The notes below the pieces were generated by a model. The model was not told the DNA's origin. It did no database searches and saw only the letters and a list, made by a program, of their open reading frames with translations. A DNA stretch of 52,269 bases from Gemmatimonadales bacterium (GTDB taxonomy: Bacteria; Gemmatimonadota; Gemmatimonadetes; Gemmatimonadales; GWC2-71-9), in contig DASZCG010000251.1 of assembly GCA_035943355.1 (NCBI GenBank), positions 1 through 52,269 of the forward strand, read 5' to 3'. Positions 52,158-52,269 of the stretch are shown piece after piece (positions within the stretch are counted from its first letter, which is position 1; every line of letters begins with the position of its first letter). A program made the position numbers and the translations under genes.

Positions 52158-52269
52158 ATGGTCTGGGAGCAGCGCTGGCATCCGCTGCGGCGGGAGTGGG
52201 TCATCATTTCGTCCCACCGCAACGAACGGCCCTGGCACGGCGAGCGTGTACCGGAAGCCGCGGGGGGGG
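52158..52269 (+). CDS. galT: Galactose-1-phosphate uridylyltransferase, 5' fragment (continues past window)
   Basis: GGAGG lies 6 nt upstream of the [34 protein letters not shown] matches the GalT N-terminus ([23 protein letters not shown] in E. coli). Not in the ORF track because it has no stop within the window. Confidence 0.7.
   Translation, partial: MVWEQRWHPLRREWVIISSHRNERPWHGERVPEAAGG

Noticed and set aside
52110-52238. N-terminal 43-aa extension of xylA in the ORF track, with similar extensions for SusC (28029), GH51 (33006), GH10 (37343), SGNH (19681), GntR (38463) and the DGPF genes
   Set aside because: The extensions overlap upstream genes or intergenic promoters and lack homology. 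Internal ATGs with Shine-Dalgarno sites, or ATGs that produce proper signal peptides, fit better.
1-52269. Search for rRNA, tRNA, CRISPR arrays, integrase/att sites, toxin-antitoxin or known defence genes
   Set aside because: Intergenic regions are all under about 150 bp and none shows a cloverleaf-like or repeat-spacer structure. No recognisable recombinase, nuclease or ATPase defence signatures were seen among the ORFs. Apart from the Y1 transposase element, the window looks like ordinary metabolic chromosome.

Overview
High-GC, densely coding bacterial chromosomal window with about 40 genes and several 4-nt ATGA overlaps. All calls rest on motifs I recognise by eye; no HMM or BLAST search was possible.

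Left ~10.8 kb, mixed accessory genes:
- a beta-propeller/phosphoesterase fusion cut by the window edge (missing from the ORF track), preceded by an unlisted 57-aa membrane ORF
- rhomboid protease, a DoxX/HxlR pair, an LLM oxidoreductase, a second phosphoesterase, an alpha/beta hydrolase, DUF1707 and DUF1697 proteins
- an ECF42-type sigma factor preceded by two DGPF/YciI paralogues

From ~10.9 kb to the right edge, one large glucuronoarabinoxylan utilisation region built around a SusC/SusD pair:
- a minus-strand unit: SSS symporter, CE15 esterase, GH2, AKR
- a divergent plus-strand unit: GH115-like, SGNH esterase, acetylxylan esterase, SDR, ExuT-like MFS, glucarate-dehydratase-like enolase, GH67
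- then SusC, SusD, GH51, a small plug-like protein, GH3, GH10, a FadR/GntR regulator and a GH3-PA14 beta-xylosidase-like gene
- an unassigned Tat-exported protein coupled to GH127
- an 82-bp composite palindrome plus a solitary IS200-like Y1 transposase gene
- a xylA-xylB-BNR/sortilin unit, and the start of galT

Sequence style (GC3-rich codons, GGAGG ribosome-binding sites, TTGACA/TAGAAT promoter, Tat signals, class I xylose isomerase) argues against Bacteroidota. It fits Gemmatimonadota or a relative, but that is inference only.

Most worth following up:
- the uncharacterised Tat protein fused in expression to GH127
- the SDR/MFS/enolase uronate module with no canonical UxaC/UxuA nearby
- the CE15 variant with GCSY instead of GCSR
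- the stand-alone plug-like protein
- the palindrome/Y1-transposase element
- leaderless-type promoter geometry at several first genes

No rRNA, tRNA or CRISPR was found. Many long antisense ORFs in the track are GC artefacts.
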